This document shows positions 20,919 through 32,379 of a stretch of DNA of 64,000 nt, piece after piece. A program made the position numbers and the translations under genes. The notes under the pieces are model-generated. The model was not told where the DNA came from, did not search any database, and saw only the letters and a list, made by a program, of their open reading frames with translations. Source of the stretch: Williopsis jadinii (taxonomy: Eukaryota); NCBI GenBank assembly GCA_024346625.1, contig AP024665.1, positions 1,116,001-1,180,000 on the forward strand. Direction: 5' to 3'. Each line of letters starts with the position of its first letter. Position 1 is the stretch's first letter.

Positions 20919-22988
20919 TTAGCAACTCCAGTAGCGATAAGTCTGTGGTGTTTCGATGCTTACTGGTTTGAGTGATTCGTCATCCAACTCATCCTCTTGA
21001 GACTCAACAACACTCGATTCACGTTTCGAAAGGTCAAATGATGAGATCAAAGTACGTGGTGGCTTATCCAAAAGTTCCTTGACATCCTCAAGGGCATCCT
21101 TGAGCGAATCACCTTCAAGATTGGTGGCACTTGACAACTTAGACAGCGCAAGCTGAGATACTTTTGCAAACGACAAACGATCCAAGAACAGTTCTTCCTG
21201 TTGTTTTTGTAAAGTACGTCTTTCAGCATCAATTTGTTTTTCCAATCTTTCTAAACGTGATAGTTTCAGCTCTATCTTGTTTAGTTGTGTATTAACAATA
21301 ACGTTCGTTAACTTGTTCATCTCGATCTCTTCCATTGTTTTGAAAACATGTGCCCTAGCTCCCACTGTTGCCAACGCTACTTTAGCTGCGTCCTCTAACG
21401 CATTAACATTACGATCACCGTCCTGATCTTTAGTCTCTTGTTCAACTTGCTTTTCAAGGTCACGCTCGTCAATAATCTTTATAGCACGTTCGGTAGCACC
21501 TCTCACCACATCTGGGTCCACCAGTGAAACCAAGAATGCAACAGTAGACAGCACTGGATTATCTGCTTGTGAAAATGGAAGGTATGGCGCATACTTTAGA
21601 GGTCCTAAGTTGTTTGTCGAGTTCTCGAGGTATTTGTCCTCAATTGGTAACTTTAGGAAGCGAATAATGCATTGTTCCACAGTGTGAGTGCCAACGTATG
21701 AAGCAATTGCATCCCAATCGGTTTTGAACTTTGACAAACCTTCCAATAGCTTCTTCAGATCCTCTTTAGTCCACCCATCGTTTATTGTATCCACCAAACG
21801 TGGCTTCTTGACCTCTCTTTCCGCCTTCACATGCGTTGTCTCACTGCCATTTTCAGTGGATTCCTTAGCCTTTTCATCGGTTGTTCTCTTCCCATTGATG
21901 ATATCTTTTACTTTTTCCAATTTGTTTGGTTCAAGTGGGGGTTTAAATGATTCGTAAGGGAACAATCCTCTAGGGGCATCATAACCAACTTGATAATCTC
22001 CCGTATATGGCGGTTCCACTGGTTTTGGTTTCACCTCGGCATCGACTTGATAATTTATTAGCCCCCATCTTGAAAGGAATCTATGCAAACGCATTATCGT
22101 TCCAACGTCACCGGCAAGCGTTCTTCTTGCCGCAGTTACTGTGAGGTAGTCATTTGGATTGAGTCTGTATGCATTTATCAAAAAGTTTCTGTACTTCACG
22201 TAAAGTGCTGGTGTCTTCGAAGGGTTCGAGTTCGTGAAGAACTCGGGAAGAGACTCCTTTTCAATCGGATGTATCTTTCTGAAGTTGAACCAGGATGAGT
22301 ACGAAGGGATAACAATGGTGTGCGATTGTGGAATATAAGGTTCAGTGTCACGGTCGCCATGATCATCATCTTTCGCGTCCTCCTCCTTATCATTGTCATC
22401 TTTATCCTCCTCGTTCTTGTTTTCATCCACTTTACCTTCGTGCTTATCGTCGTCATCGTTGACATCCATATCGACGTCCTTGTCAAGCGAATCATCCACT
22501 TTCTCATCTGTCTCCGGTGATTTTTGAACAGCAGAGGCACTTGGAGTATCAACCACCAAATCCTCCTCCGGCTTGATTAGCGGAGTAGTAGTTGGTGACT
22601 TCCTTATGTTTTCTTCAGTGTCATCAACATCCGGCTTCTCTGTCTCTATTTGTAGTTGGGGCTCGGAGTCTGATGCATCTGGACGAACAATTTCCAGTTC
22701 CTCCTCTTCATCCTCTTCGTTGTCTTCTTCCTCCTCAGCGGCCTCACCGTCACTCACATAGTCGCCATCCTTAGCATCAAGCAAAGATACATCGCCGTCA
22801 ACATCAACATCGCCATCAGCAACGGCACCGGCATCGACAGCGTTAGCCTCGATGGCCGCGTTTCCAACAGAGGACGCCCCAACAAACTCAGCTGGTTCTG
22901 CCTGTTCAACACGCCCCTCATGAGACTGTTCGACAGCCTGGTCCTGAATCCCATATGCAGGATCAACATCTGGTAGGAGCTCACTCAT
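20919..22988 (-). CDS. SWI3: SWI/SNF subunit Swi3 (SWIRM + SANT)
   Basis: IPQSHTIVIPSYSSWF and RWGLINYQVD SWIRM motifs, SANT WTKEDL...W, PFSQADNPVLSTVAFL, an acidic N-terminus and a YRYWS C-terminus. There is no ZZ finger, which argues against RSC8. Confidence 0.9.
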   Translation of the reverse strand: MSELLPDVDPAYGIQDQAVEQSHEGRVEQAEPAEFVGASSVGNAAIEANAVDAGAVADGDVDVDGDVSLLDAKDGDYVSDGEAAEEEEDNEEDEEEELEIVRPDASDSEPQLQIETEKPDVDDTEENIRKSPTTTPLIKPEEDLVVDTPSASAVQKSPETDEKVDDSLDKDVDMDVNDDDDKHEGKVDENKNEEDKDDNDKEEDAKDDDHGDRDTEPYIPQSHTIVIPSYSSWFNFRKIHPIEKESLPEFFTNSNPSKTPALYVKYRNFLINAYRLNPNDYLTVTAARRTLAGDVGTIMRLHRFLSRWGLINYQVDAEVKPKPVEPPYTGDYQVGYDAPRGLFPYESFKPPLEPNKLEKVKDIINGKRTTDEKAKESTENGSETTHVKAEREVKKPRLVDTINDGWTKEDLKKLLEGLSKFKTDWDAIASYVGTHTVEQCIIRFLKLPIEDKYLENSTNNLGPLKYAPYLPFSQADNPVLSTVAFLVSLVDPDVVRGATERAIKIIDERDLEKQVEQETKDQDGDRNVNALEDAAKVALATVGARAHVFKTMEEIEMNKLTNVIVNTQLNKIELKLSRLERLEKQIDAERRTLQKQQEELFLDRLSFAKVSQLALSKLSSATNLEGDSLKDALEDVKELLDKPPRTLISSFDLSKRESSVVESQEDELDDESLKPVSIETPQTYRYWSC

Positions 22989-23572
22989 AACAATTATTAC
23001 TATTCCGCCTCGTATTCCGGTTTGTTTGTTTTTTGGCTCTCCGCTTAGGATGCTTTGTTATGATTCTATAAAACCTGTCTGTGTGTTTTTCCCCTTTACC
23101 CTTGTTAAACCAACCTCAGTAATCCACAGTCCGTACACCAGCAATTGTCAAGGCGATCTGTCTGCTTGGTGTGGTTTCTTCAGCAACAATGATAGTATAA
23201 ATAAAAGCTGGAATTCACACAATGATTTCCTTCAAGGATTCACAGAGCAGGTTTGATGCTTGTGTTTGTTTATTGGGAGCCGGTCTTAGTTTGGTGTTTT
23301 GATTGTTGTTTTCACCGCTCGTTTTGATTTTTTTTCCTGTCTTTGTGGTTTTCCACTAGAAACATCCCGACCGAGGTGTCTCGACTTCCCAAAATGGAAA
23401 GCCCAGGAAAAACTGCTAAAGATATATGGATATTACGTAATGAAACCCAAACAGACTCAGCGGAGCAAATTTGTTAGGCGTGCGCGTCCTGCATTGAGGA
23501 ACCATTTTTCACACTGCTCGGTTAACGAGCAGAGCCCATTGATCTGTTCTTATTAGTTGAGCACAGGCTGAA

Positions 23573-25183
23573 ATGACCAGCCATGGTCAGCCTGTTGAGA
23601 AGGTTGTTTTGAAACTGCTCAAGAGAGTGATTCCCAGGCAGAAGAAAAGCATCACCATCAAGGACATTGCGTTGTCTCGAGAAGAAATAGACGGTGTTAT
23701 CCACAGTAATTTTATAAAGCGTATAGAGCCCAAGAGGAAGAGAGACTGGGAACATGCTCCGGAGGAGATCAGAAATGTACTGAAATACGTATCTGTGTCT
23801 GATGCTATGCTGCAGCCTCGGCTGCTGAGCTACTCTCCGTCGCCGTTCGATATATACACGGATCCCAAGGTTGTCGACTCTGGCAGCTCAAGGCTGTCAC
23901 CGTCCATATTGCCTCGTTTAAGCGTTACACAGTTGTTGACCAAATCATGGTGTGAGCTTCAAGAGCTCTTCAGAATATGTACGCAACGTCGGAAGAAAAC
24001 GTTGGCTCGAATGGCATCTGGCCATCTTATCCATGACAAACTGGACCAAGGTTTGAAAGAAGAAGTTTCAAACGAACTTGCAAGACGCCTCGATGTTGAA
24101 AGGTTAGACCCTACAGAACTTCCAACAGTTGTGTTTTCCTCTGAGGATACACAGGCACTGAATGTGCTAGCACAAATATCTAACCTCTCAGGGCTGTTGC
24201 TGATTGGTGAAGCGAGAGAAGTGTACTGTCATTCATTTGTGAATCTCGATAATGGGTTTGTGAAAGATCCTCATAGACATGATCTTCTATTAACCGGTAT
24301 CATTGACTATTTGACATTCGAAAATGACCAAGGTCAAATAGTACAACCATTAAAAGATTTCAACGACATAAGGTGTGTTGATGATATTCTCAATGCTATA
24401 AGACTTGTGGAGAGTGGGACCTTATCTCTTGGAGTTTACGATATAAAAACTAGACGAGACCATTCAATACCTCGTCAAGCCTCGGTTCTTGAGAGTTCCA
24501 AGAACCAAATTCAGATGTATGAGATCATGCTCTCAACTCTGGGGGAAACCTCTGAATCAGGGATGAGGATGATGGAGGAATATATGGACAGGAAACACAT
24601 TGATATTGACAAACCATTATCCAATGACTTTATTCTGTACTCTCTCGCATCCCTTCCGTTTATCAAAGAAGATTATATAATGATACAATCGGGGGCTTTC
24701 CATCTGAAGTATAACTACTCTATGATATGTGGTGATCATTCACATTCAGAGATGGAAACATTCGATAAATTCTGTTCAGAATTACCCATTTCAAGCAAAC
24801 TACAAGAATTTGCAAATGAAAACTTTGGAGCATTATGCCAAAGCTGGAAATCACATCTCACACTTCGTCATCTCATCATCATTCTTGTTGAGCTAATACA
24901 TTGCATCACTACATTAACAAACAAAAGGAGTCTGGCAGTCAAGTACTATAAAGGTGCAGATGACAATTTCCAGACTGTCAGACTCTCACAGGATAAGGCA
25001 AGCGTCAATGCGCTTGTTAAAACCTCTTTAGCATTTTGGTATGGACTCAGGGAAGTTGAACCAATTGAACGCAACGCAAACAGTTACTATGAGAAATGTC
25101 AGCATTGTGACTTTAAAGATTACTGTTCGTGGTCCAAAGGCATGGTTGAACAATACGTTGATAGAAGAGTCAACAGCATCTAG
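23573..25183 (+). CDS. EXO5: Exonuclease V (Fe-S, RecB/Cas4-like)
   Basis: RLSVTQLLTKSWCELQ, GIIDYL, DIKTRR and C-terminal CQHCDFKDYC motifs. Confidence 0.9.
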   Translation: MTSHGQPVEKVVLKLLKRVIPRQKKSITIKDIALSREEIDGVIHSNFIKRIEPKRKRDWEHAPEEIRNVLKYVSVSDAMLQPRLLSYSPSPFDIYTDPKVVDSGSSRLSPSILPRLSVTQLLTKSWCELQELFRICTQRRKKTLARMASGHLIHDKLDQGLKEEVSNELARRLDVERLDPTELPTVVFSSEDTQALNVLAQISNLSGLLLIGEAREVYCHSFVNLDNGFVKDPHRHDLLLTGIIDYLTFENDQGQIVQPLKDFNDIRCVDDILNAIRLVESGTLSLGVYDIKTRRDHSIPRQASVLESSKNQIQMYEIMLSTLGETSESGMRMMEEYMDRKHIDIDKPLSNDFILYSLASLPFIKEDYIMIQSGAFHLKYNYSMICGDHSHSEMETFDKFCSELPISSKLQEFANENFGALCQSWKSHLTLRHLIIILVELIHCITTLTNKRSLAVKYYKGADDNFQTVRLSQDKASVNALVKTSLAFWYGLREVEPIERNANSYYEKCQHCDFKDYCSWSKGMVEQYVDRRVNSI

Positions 25184-25264
25184 GTTTTTTTTAATTACAA
25201 GGTCATATATATGTACATAGATAACGGGATAAAACCATACACAGGATCCTTTGAATTCGCATCA

Positions 25265-26194
25265 TCACTTCATTAGGTAGTATTTTGCCATTTCATACGC
25301 TGTCCAACAGATTGCAGTTGCAGGGACATTACTCACGATACGAGGCTTGACACCTTTCCAGAAAGCAGCCATTCCACCAACCTCGTACATAATCTTTACA
25401 GCTTCGCCGAACTTATGGACGTGTCGTATACGAGGGTCATCTAATCCTGTTCTTGTTTGTAATATGGTCTTGACACAGTCCAGCGGGGTAGTAAACGCTG
25501 CTGCAACACCTCCAGCAAGACCACCGGCAATACAGTGTCTCAGAGGATCGTGAACGGAGTCTGGATTAAGAACCTTCGTGGCTGATTCATAAACGATAAA
25601 GTTGAGAGCGGTGAATGGAATCGTCATTGCGATGGTTGTTGGATAGGAGTAGTAGAATGCCCTGAATCCTTCAGTTCTGATGATGGATCTAACTGTCGGA
25701 ATGAAGTCCGCGGAGCCACCAGAGTTCAATTGCATTCTCTGTTTGATAACATCAAATGGGTTCATTAAGGCCTCTGAAGTAATTGTCGCAGAGGCACCGG
25801 CAATTCCAATACGTAAAGGCTGGTGACCTTCCTGGTCCTTCATGAGAATCTTCTTCACGTACTCATAGGTCCCAAAATACACCGCATGCGCAGGCCCAGC
25901 GCCTAGAATGACACTTGAAGTACCTCTCCACAGCGACAACCAACCTTCTTGAAGAGAAATCCTATAAATACTGTTGAAGATACCCTGTGTGTTTTTCAAG
26001 CTCGTTGCCTGCATTCTCGTCTTCAGAGCATCAACTGGGTACATAACAGTATGCTCCAGAATACCAGCAAAGGCACCGGCTGTGCACTGTGCCAACAGAG
26101 AAGAGTCCTCGGGAAGTGATTCATAGTCAACCTCCTCTGGCGTGATGATATTTGGCACTGGGACCTGAATGTCCGTTCTTTCTTGAGCCATCAT
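25265..26194 (-). CDS. MRS3: Mitochondrial iron carrier (mitoferrin), Mrs3/Mrs4
   Basis: DYESLP, GILEHTVMYPVDALKTRMQ, GAGPAHAVYF and PATAICWTAYE motifs, with three carrier repeats. Confidence 0.92.
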   Translation of the reverse strand: MMAQERTDIQVPVPNIITPEEVDYESLPEDSSLLAQCTAGAFAGILEHTVMYPVDALKTRMQATSLKNTQGIFNSIYRISLQEGWLSLWRGTSSVILGAGPAHAVYFGTYEYVKKILMKDQEGHQPLRIGIAGASATITSEALMNPFDVIKQRMQLNSGGSADFIPTVRSIIRTEGFRAFYYSYPTTIAMTIPFTALNFIVYESATKVLNPDSVHDPLRHCIAGGLAGGVAAAFTTPLDCVKTILQTRTGLDDPRIRHVHKFGEAVKIMYEVGGMAAFWKGVKPRIVSNVPATAICWTAYEMAKYYLMK

Positions 26195-26871
26195 TGCAGA
26201 TTATAAGATACGATAGGCAACTCGCTCAGCTACGCCAACCGTGCTTTAAATTGGAGCAAAGAGATAGGGAAATGGGTAAAAAACGCTTTCTTCAAACGAT
26301 GGTGTTCCAACTTTCCACCTTCGATTTTGACATAGACCTCCGTCCCTCGGAGAAGATTTTTTAGGTGGGCTTCCACTAGCGCGGCCCTGCAAATTTTCCC
26401 CCTGGCAACGTTTCCCACCCGCGCGTTAAGAAGAATTACGCCGGTACCGCACAAGTTGCTTATCGAAAAGATCTACAGACTTGGGTGTTTTTTTGTTTCT
26501 TTTCTTTTTAAGCCCATTGGTTCCCTGTATGTTGTTCCGCGTAGTTGGTGTGCTTTGTTGGGTGAAATGTCATTGATTGTGCCAGGCTTGGCCAGTGGAA
26601 CTGATTGGATTAGTCAATTGAGTCCCACCTTCGAAGCGTAGATGAGTGTCAGTACTACATAGGCGCAGGTGGGATTACGCGATGGTTAAGCGCACTCGAG
26701 TGACTGCTGCATGTCACACAGGGAGGTTAAAGGTTATTTTAGTGTATCATTGTAGTGTATACTAGTCAAATGGTGGGGGGAGACGGTGTATCTCAGCATG
26801 CTAGAGCTTTGCTATGCACTTGTTGGTGACTACAACTGTGTGGCATTACAGTCGTATCTCATTTAAAGTAA

Positions 26872-28947
26872 TTAGTTGTCCTTAAGGTTGTGCCTCATCA
26901 CATCGTCGATCGTGTCGAAAAGCTCTGTCCATTCTCTGGAAGCTGCTGCACCAGCTTGTACATTCCTTGTTTCTTGTTTCAATATATTGTCCTCGCTTGT
27001 GCTTGGAGATTCGTCGACACGGCTCTCGTTATCATCAAGTCCAACATTGTTATCGGAGTTGAAATCCGAATCAAAGTCAGAGTTGATACTATCCATGTCA
27101 CCATCGTCTTCCAGCTGGTTTTCTCCTACATGGATGTCTAAGTTGCTCATTAGGCATTCCATAATGTCTTCCCATGAAGATGCGTAAACAAGAGATGGTG
27201 TGTTATTCGACCCACGTCCTGCTCCAACACAGATCACCAAATGGTCCTTTATCATATAACTTGTCTTCAGCTGCTCAGAGACATCTTCTGTTGTAATGAT
27301 ACATACTGCTGTATTTGCAGTGTCCACGCTCTCAAGCATATCGCTAAATGAGTCACCGACGTTATCACCCTTTCCAATTCCATCTATTTCAGTACTATAG
27401 GACTGTTTTAAACACTCCATTGTACAAAGCAGTTGGAAATCCAAGAACTGGGTCTGTAATACTCGACAGATGTTCTGTAACGTCATTACTGCAACTCCTG
27501 GAAGTGGCAAACAATGATTAATCACTAGCAGCATGTTATCCTTCTTTACAAGCAATTGCCGCTCCTGTGGTGAAAACTTAAGAGGAGATAATAACACTGG
27601 GATTGTCATTCGACTAGATTCACCAGAGTCAAGAAGAAGGTCTTTTCGTTGTATCGTAGAGCTCAAGTTTTCAACATTGAAGTGCTGCTCTAAATCGCAC
27701 AGTGCCGAAATCCACTTCTGTAATATAAAAGAGTCTCCATGCTTGATGTAAAACCCAGTATATTGTAACATCAGCTGTAAAGTGACTCTGTTTGGTGTGC
27801 AGACATCAACATGTTGCACTGGGAATCTCAGCCACTTGGCATACCCAGTTCTGACAAGTACGAGCTCATACTGGAAGAGGTATACAATATACGTCTTGAA
27901 TTCAGTTCCATCGACTGACACACTCAACTCATCGACTAGTCTTAAGAGTCCCATGGCATCTATGTCAGTTTCCTTGACGTGTATCCCATGTTTGTTCAGC
28001 TCTTGAATTAAAAATGAGATATGTTCCGAGCGCAATAACGCCAATGAAACTTCATCTGCATTAAACACTTGTGACTTTGGAGACGGTGACTTAGGCACTG
28101 ATGAGATAATGGAAGAGATTGCAGAAATTGAAGAACCTCTAGATTTGTGAGACTTCTGGTGATGCATCACTGATGATGACCTCGGCGATTCTTTCATTTC
28201 AGGTATTTCGATGCTCAAATCTTTGGCATTTTTGCTGTGTAGAGACAAAGACTGGAATTTGGGTTCTTGTATGAGTGGCTGGGATGATAAGGTCTGTGGC
28301 TTTAAATGAATTGTGGGAGGTAATGTAGCCTCTTGGGTCTTGGGACTTAGCAGGTACTTAGAGACAAGCGAGTCTCTGAGAGTAACGTCCTCAGGGAAAG
28401 TGGTTTTACCGCAGATTCCGCAAGTTGGGAAAAGTTTGTTAATGTCCAGGTTCTCTTTTGGAATACCAATAATCAGTATCCAAAGACATTCCTCATGAGA
28501 CACATGCGAACACGTGAGTGTGATGACTTTCTCATCGTATGACTTCGACGATAGAGGCTCATCGCAAAAGCAACACTTCTTGTTGTAATAATTCTTCAGC
28601 TTTCGCAGGTCCCTGTTATTGTTAGAGCTTGAGCTTATAAAGCTCGCCACTTTCGGAGGAGTGTCTGTGACCGTAGAGCACGAAGACAATGTTTGAGGTG
28701 AATGATTCCCAAAAGTTGTCAACGACAGTGGTGTTGTTCTTGGTATTGAAGTTGTTCTCGGGGAGTAAATAGAGGGTAACTGACAGTGTATCTGTGTTGT
28801 GTATGTTGAGCTGGAGCTTTCTGAGCGGAAACTGGAGCTTGAGGTAGATGAGCTCAAAGACTTGGACGATATGGATCTCGATACTCTACTCTGGAATCTA
28901 AGCCATCTTGACGATTGCGGTGAGGAATGATTCTTATGATCGTCCAT
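26872..28947 (-). CDS. STE5: Pheromone MAPK scaffold Ste5 (RING-H2 + PH)
   Basis: CCFCDEPL...EKVITLTCSHVSHEECL...LFPTCGIC RING-H2, RGSSISAISSIISSV and PH GLLRLVDEL motifs are closer to Ste5 than to Far1. Confidence 0.75.
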   Translation of the reverse strand: MDDHKNHSSPQSSRWLRFQSRVSRSISSKSLSSSTSSSSFRSESSSSTYTTQIHCQLPSIYSPRTTSIPRTTPLSLTTFGNHSPQTLSSCSTVTDTPPKVASFISSSSNNNRDLRKLKNYYNKKCCFCDEPLSSKSYDEKVITLTCSHVSHEECLWILIIGIPKENLDINKLFPTCGICGKTTFPEDVTLRDSLVSKYLLSPKTQEATLPPTIHLKPQTLSSQPLIQEPKFQSLSLHSKNAKDLSIEIPEMKESPRSSSVMHHQKSHKSRGSSISAISSIISSVPKSPSPKSQVFNADEVSLALLRSEHISFLIQELNKHGIHVKETDIDAMGLLRLVDELSVSVDGTEFKTYIVYLFQYELVLVRTGYAKWLRFPVQHVDVCTPNRVTLQLMLQYTGFYIKHGDSFILQKWISALCDLEQHFNVENLSSTIQRKDLLLDSGESSRMTIPVLLSPLKFSPQERQLLVKKDNMLLVINHCLPLPGVAVMTLQNICRVLQTQFLDFQLLCTMECLKQSYSTEIDGIGKGDNVGDSFSDMLESVDTANTAVCIITTEDVSEQLKTSYMIKDHLVICVGAGRGSNNTPSLVYASSWEDIMECLMSNLDIHVGENQLEDDGDMDSINSDFDSDFNSDNNVGLDDNESRVDESPSTSEDNILKQETRNVQAGAAASREWTELFDTIDDVMRHNLKDN

Positions 28948-29072
28948 AATGTGTGCAAAATGTCTCCTTTCTGTCTTCACTTGCCTTGTTAAGAAACAGC
29001 TTTAGCTGTTATAACTATTCTTCACGCTGTACTGGAGGGACGTTTCCCATCAGAAGGAACAACTTCAAAAGT

Positions 29073-29230
29073 TGAAACATTTCCATCAATGCGCTTCGTG
29101 GTTTCCGTTTGGGACTTTTTGAGGCACTGGATTCACGTACATTTCAACTGCGCATGCTGAAAGCTTAAACTCTACGATTTCGCTATTTAATTTATGAATG
29201 AACACCTTAGCAGCCTTAGTAATTGAAACA
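29073..29230. promoter_or_regulatory. Two pheromone response elements (TGAAACA) upstream of STE5
   Basis: TGAAACA at 29073-29079 and 29224-29230. Confidence 0.55.
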
Positions 29231-29732
29231 ATTCACAACAGGTGAGCATTCTAGTGTTATAGCTCGATAAATTTATTCAATGATTAACTCGTTGCTAGTC
29301 GATGGGTGTCTTGGAATGGACATAACAGTTTAACTACAAGGACAATATACGGAGCTTTGACAGTATCGATGCGTAAATGGTACTTTACGCTAGGAATTGA
29401 CGGGGTAATAGTAGGAGATGTTCAGCTCTTCAAAGAGTCCCTAACAGTTGCGTATAATAAAATGGAGAAACCTCTTGCAGCGAGTTGAGAATTGGATGGA
29501 ATGTTCTACATTCCTTTCTGATTCGTCTTGTTTCTAAGCCATATGCGGCAACGTTTCATAAGTAAATGCGCCATACACTGAAGTATACGAATACAAAAGT
29601 TTAAACTAATGGGTAAATATTTCCTTTGGAAAGGCAATTATTCCAGATTTGCTACACACCACTGAATTGAACATCCTTCTGATAACATTGTATTTGAACT
29701 CACAAAGCAACAGAAAATGGTGTTTCTGAAAT

Positions 29733-30351
29733 AAGCTGTGGCTTGTGGGCGATACGGAGTGGCTCAGCTGTCACATATTAACGCCCCTTCTACAAAGCCA
29801 TGCTTAATAATTTACTTGGAGATCGTAGTGGCGCTGATAGAACATTGTAGATAGATAACAATGATGACAAATTGGCAGTCTTCATTGGCTGCTAGTGGCC
29901 ATAGTTTCCACCCCGTCCGCCTTTTACCATCCCAATAAACTGTGCCATGTACACGCCATCTAGTGCTTCGCTGACTGCATGGTCAATACTGTAAAGCATT
30001 TCTTATAATCATGAAGGTACCTCAACACAATTGAGAGTAATTGTTCATTCTAATCTATCATTTACAGTACCAATGGTGGTCTCGATGTTATGTCCTTAAT
30101 TTTTTAAATGGCTTCTTACACTTCTTGATGAAGTTTGTAATTTTGATCTTCATTTGCACATGGTTCGCTTAACTTTAGTGAGATATCGCCAATATTGCGC
30201 CACAAGGGTAACTACTTTTTAGCAGTGGCTTATGGAGATGTGGCAAGTTGAGTAGATAAGTACAACCATAAACTGCTCCTCTACGCAAGGATGCTTTCTT
30301 TGTAGATTGTATCCTCTTGGCTGTGTAAACGGCTTAAGATTGAACTGTGGC
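29733..30351 (+). promoter_or_regulatory. Met31/Met32-like sites upstream of the sulfonate dioxygenase
   Basis: AAGCTGTGGC (29733), AAACTGTGCC (29937) and GAACTGTGGC (30342), each one mismatch from AAACTGTGGC, plus further GTGGC cores. Confidence 0.6.
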
Positions 30352-30535
30352 TGATTTTACCCCAACTTCTTCCTGATATAGTGATTTATGGGAACAATAT
30401 GCTGACTTGTACAACGGCTTCAAGTTCAAAACAGGTATCATAATCGATACTTCAAATATTATATAAAGGAGTGGGAAAACTGGATTCAAAACGATATGCT
30501 CATCCTTTTTGGATCAGTACTATCCAATAACACTT

Positions 30536-31723
30536 ATGACTACAGCAACAGCAACAGCAATAACAGCTGCAACAGCAAAATTGACAATCAATGAGACACC
30601 ATTGGAAGCCCTCAAGTCGTCATTCGTTGTGAGAGCATCAGAGACTGCTACGGAGCCAATTGAAAACCCAGATAATGTGACGTTCCCTGAATGGTTACCA
30701 ACATGGGATCCAGATCATACTTTTGATGCATATCCTGATAATTACAATAAATCATTTTCAGACAAAGGTTTACTTGCAGATCCCAACTTGACCAATTTAT
30801 TCCCTAAAGATGGTGAAGATTCCGTTCAAGTTAAAAGATTGACACCAAAGTTTGGATCTGAAGTTAGAGGTATTCAATTATCACAATTGAGTGACGCTGC
30901 GAAGAACGATCTGGCTCTATTTGTCGCACAGCGTGGTGTTGTTGCCTTTAGAGATCAAGATTTCAAAACCAAGGGTATTCAATTTGCGAGAGATTTTGGT
31001 TCATATTTTGGACCTTTACATATCCATCCAGCAACTGGAGCTCCAAAAGGTGCACCGGACTTCCACATTGTTTATCACAAACCTAACGTTGAGGAAAGTT
31101 TCAAGGGTGATTTCTCAAAGATTCCTGACAACAAGTTATCCTTCAGAACATGGCACACAGATATCACTTTTGAAGAGTATCCTTCTGGAACAACTTTCTT
31201 TGTCGAGTTGGATTCCCCAGATGCTGGTGGTGATACTCTTTTCAGCGATGCCACAGAGGCCTATAAGAGACTATCACCAAAGGTCCAAGATTTCGTTTCG
31301 AGTCTGAAAGCGGTCCATACTTTTGACCAGTTTCTACAATTTGTAAAGGTCACTGGGAAACCACTGCGTAAGCCTGCCCCAGCTGACGTTGTCCACCCAT
31401 TGGTGAGAATTCACCCTGTTACTGAGGAAAAGTCTCTCTTCGTACCACAGGGCTTTGTAAAGAAAATTGAAGGACTCAAGGATGAGGAGTCTGATGCAGT
31501 TTTAAAGCTGCTCTTTGACCACGTCAACAACTCCCAGGATTTACAAGTCCGTGTTCACTATGAGCCTGGCACCGTTGTCGTGTGGGACAACAGACGTGTG
31601 CTTCACTCTGCTGTTGTTGACGTTGAGCCTGAAAAGACTCGTCATTTCTACAGAATTACTCCGCTCGCAGAGAGACCGGTGCTTTCAAAGGAAGAATTGG
31701 AGGAGTGGAATCGTCAGAAGTAA
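30536..31723 (+). CDS. JLP1: Fe(II)/2-oxoglutarate-dependent sulfonate dioxygenase (TauD/Jlp1 family)
   Basis: LFVAQRGVVAFRDQD, WHTDITFE (HxD), GGDTLFSD, HPLVRIHPVT and WDNRRVLH motifs. It could be one of several paralogs. Confidence 0.85.
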   Translation: MTTATATAITAATAKLTINETPLEALKSSFVVRASETATEPIENPDNVTFPEWLPTWDPDHTFDAYPDNYNKSFSDKGLLADPNLTNLFPKDGEDSVQVKRLTPKFGSEVRGIQLSQLSDAAKNDLALFVAQRGVVAFRDQDFKTKGIQFARDFGSYFGPLHIHPATGAPKGAPDFHIVYHKPNVEESFKGDFSKIPDNKLSFRTWHTDITFEEYPSGTTFFVELDSPDAGGDTLFSDATEAYKRLSPKVQDFVSSLKAVHTFDQFLQFVKVTGKPLRKPAPADVVHPLVRIHPVTEEKSLFVPQGFVKKIEGLKDEESDAVLKLLFDHVNNSQDLQVRVHYEPGTVVVWDNRRVLHSAVVDVEPEKTRHFYRITPLAERPVLSKEELEEWNRQK

Positions 31724-32379
31724 GCACTTGTATAATCAAGGTTTAATCTTTAAGTGAAACAGCGAGCTCCCCTCATTTTATAGTTTACCATTATTACATG
31801 ATTATAATCTCTTGGACGTATGGTCTGTGATCATTGTCAAAGGCTCTCGCAGAATCATGATTATAGTCTCTTCCGTGGTCAACAAGACTAGATCAGACAC
31901 TTTGACAATCAAGTCCTGGTGATGATCCCCAAGACCAATTCTGCACACGCACCCAAACCCCCTCCACCAGTCGATTTGGGAAATCGTTACCGTAACGGAG
32001 GACTCCAACCCCACAAAAAAGGCCAAAAAAAGAACAGCAAAAAGCAACTCTCACGTGCCGAGTGCAGACCGTTATCGCAGAAATTTCGCAAGCAACAACT
32101 TTAAAGTTCTTTGTGCCGCGGTTTACAGTCGTTAGAGCAAAAACATAGCGGCTAGGTTTGTTAGTTGTACGGCTGTGTAGACATCTGCTTTTAGTGTGTT
32201 TGCCCAAATGAGCTATGATTAAGAAAAATTACACACATATCGTGACAACATTGCATAGTAATAGGGGTAGTCATAAAAGACAAAAAAAAAAAATATTTCA
32301 CTGTTAATCTTTGTCCGTGTGACTATTTAGTAAAACCATTTGATCTCTCTGTGGCGGGTGTGGCAATACTTGTTGATCG

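Noticed and set aside
23573..25183. Cas4-like nuclease suggesting a CRISPR or defence system
   Set aside because: This is ordinary eukaryotic EXO5, with no repeat-spacer array or cas genes. The 14-bp repeats in the window have no spacers.
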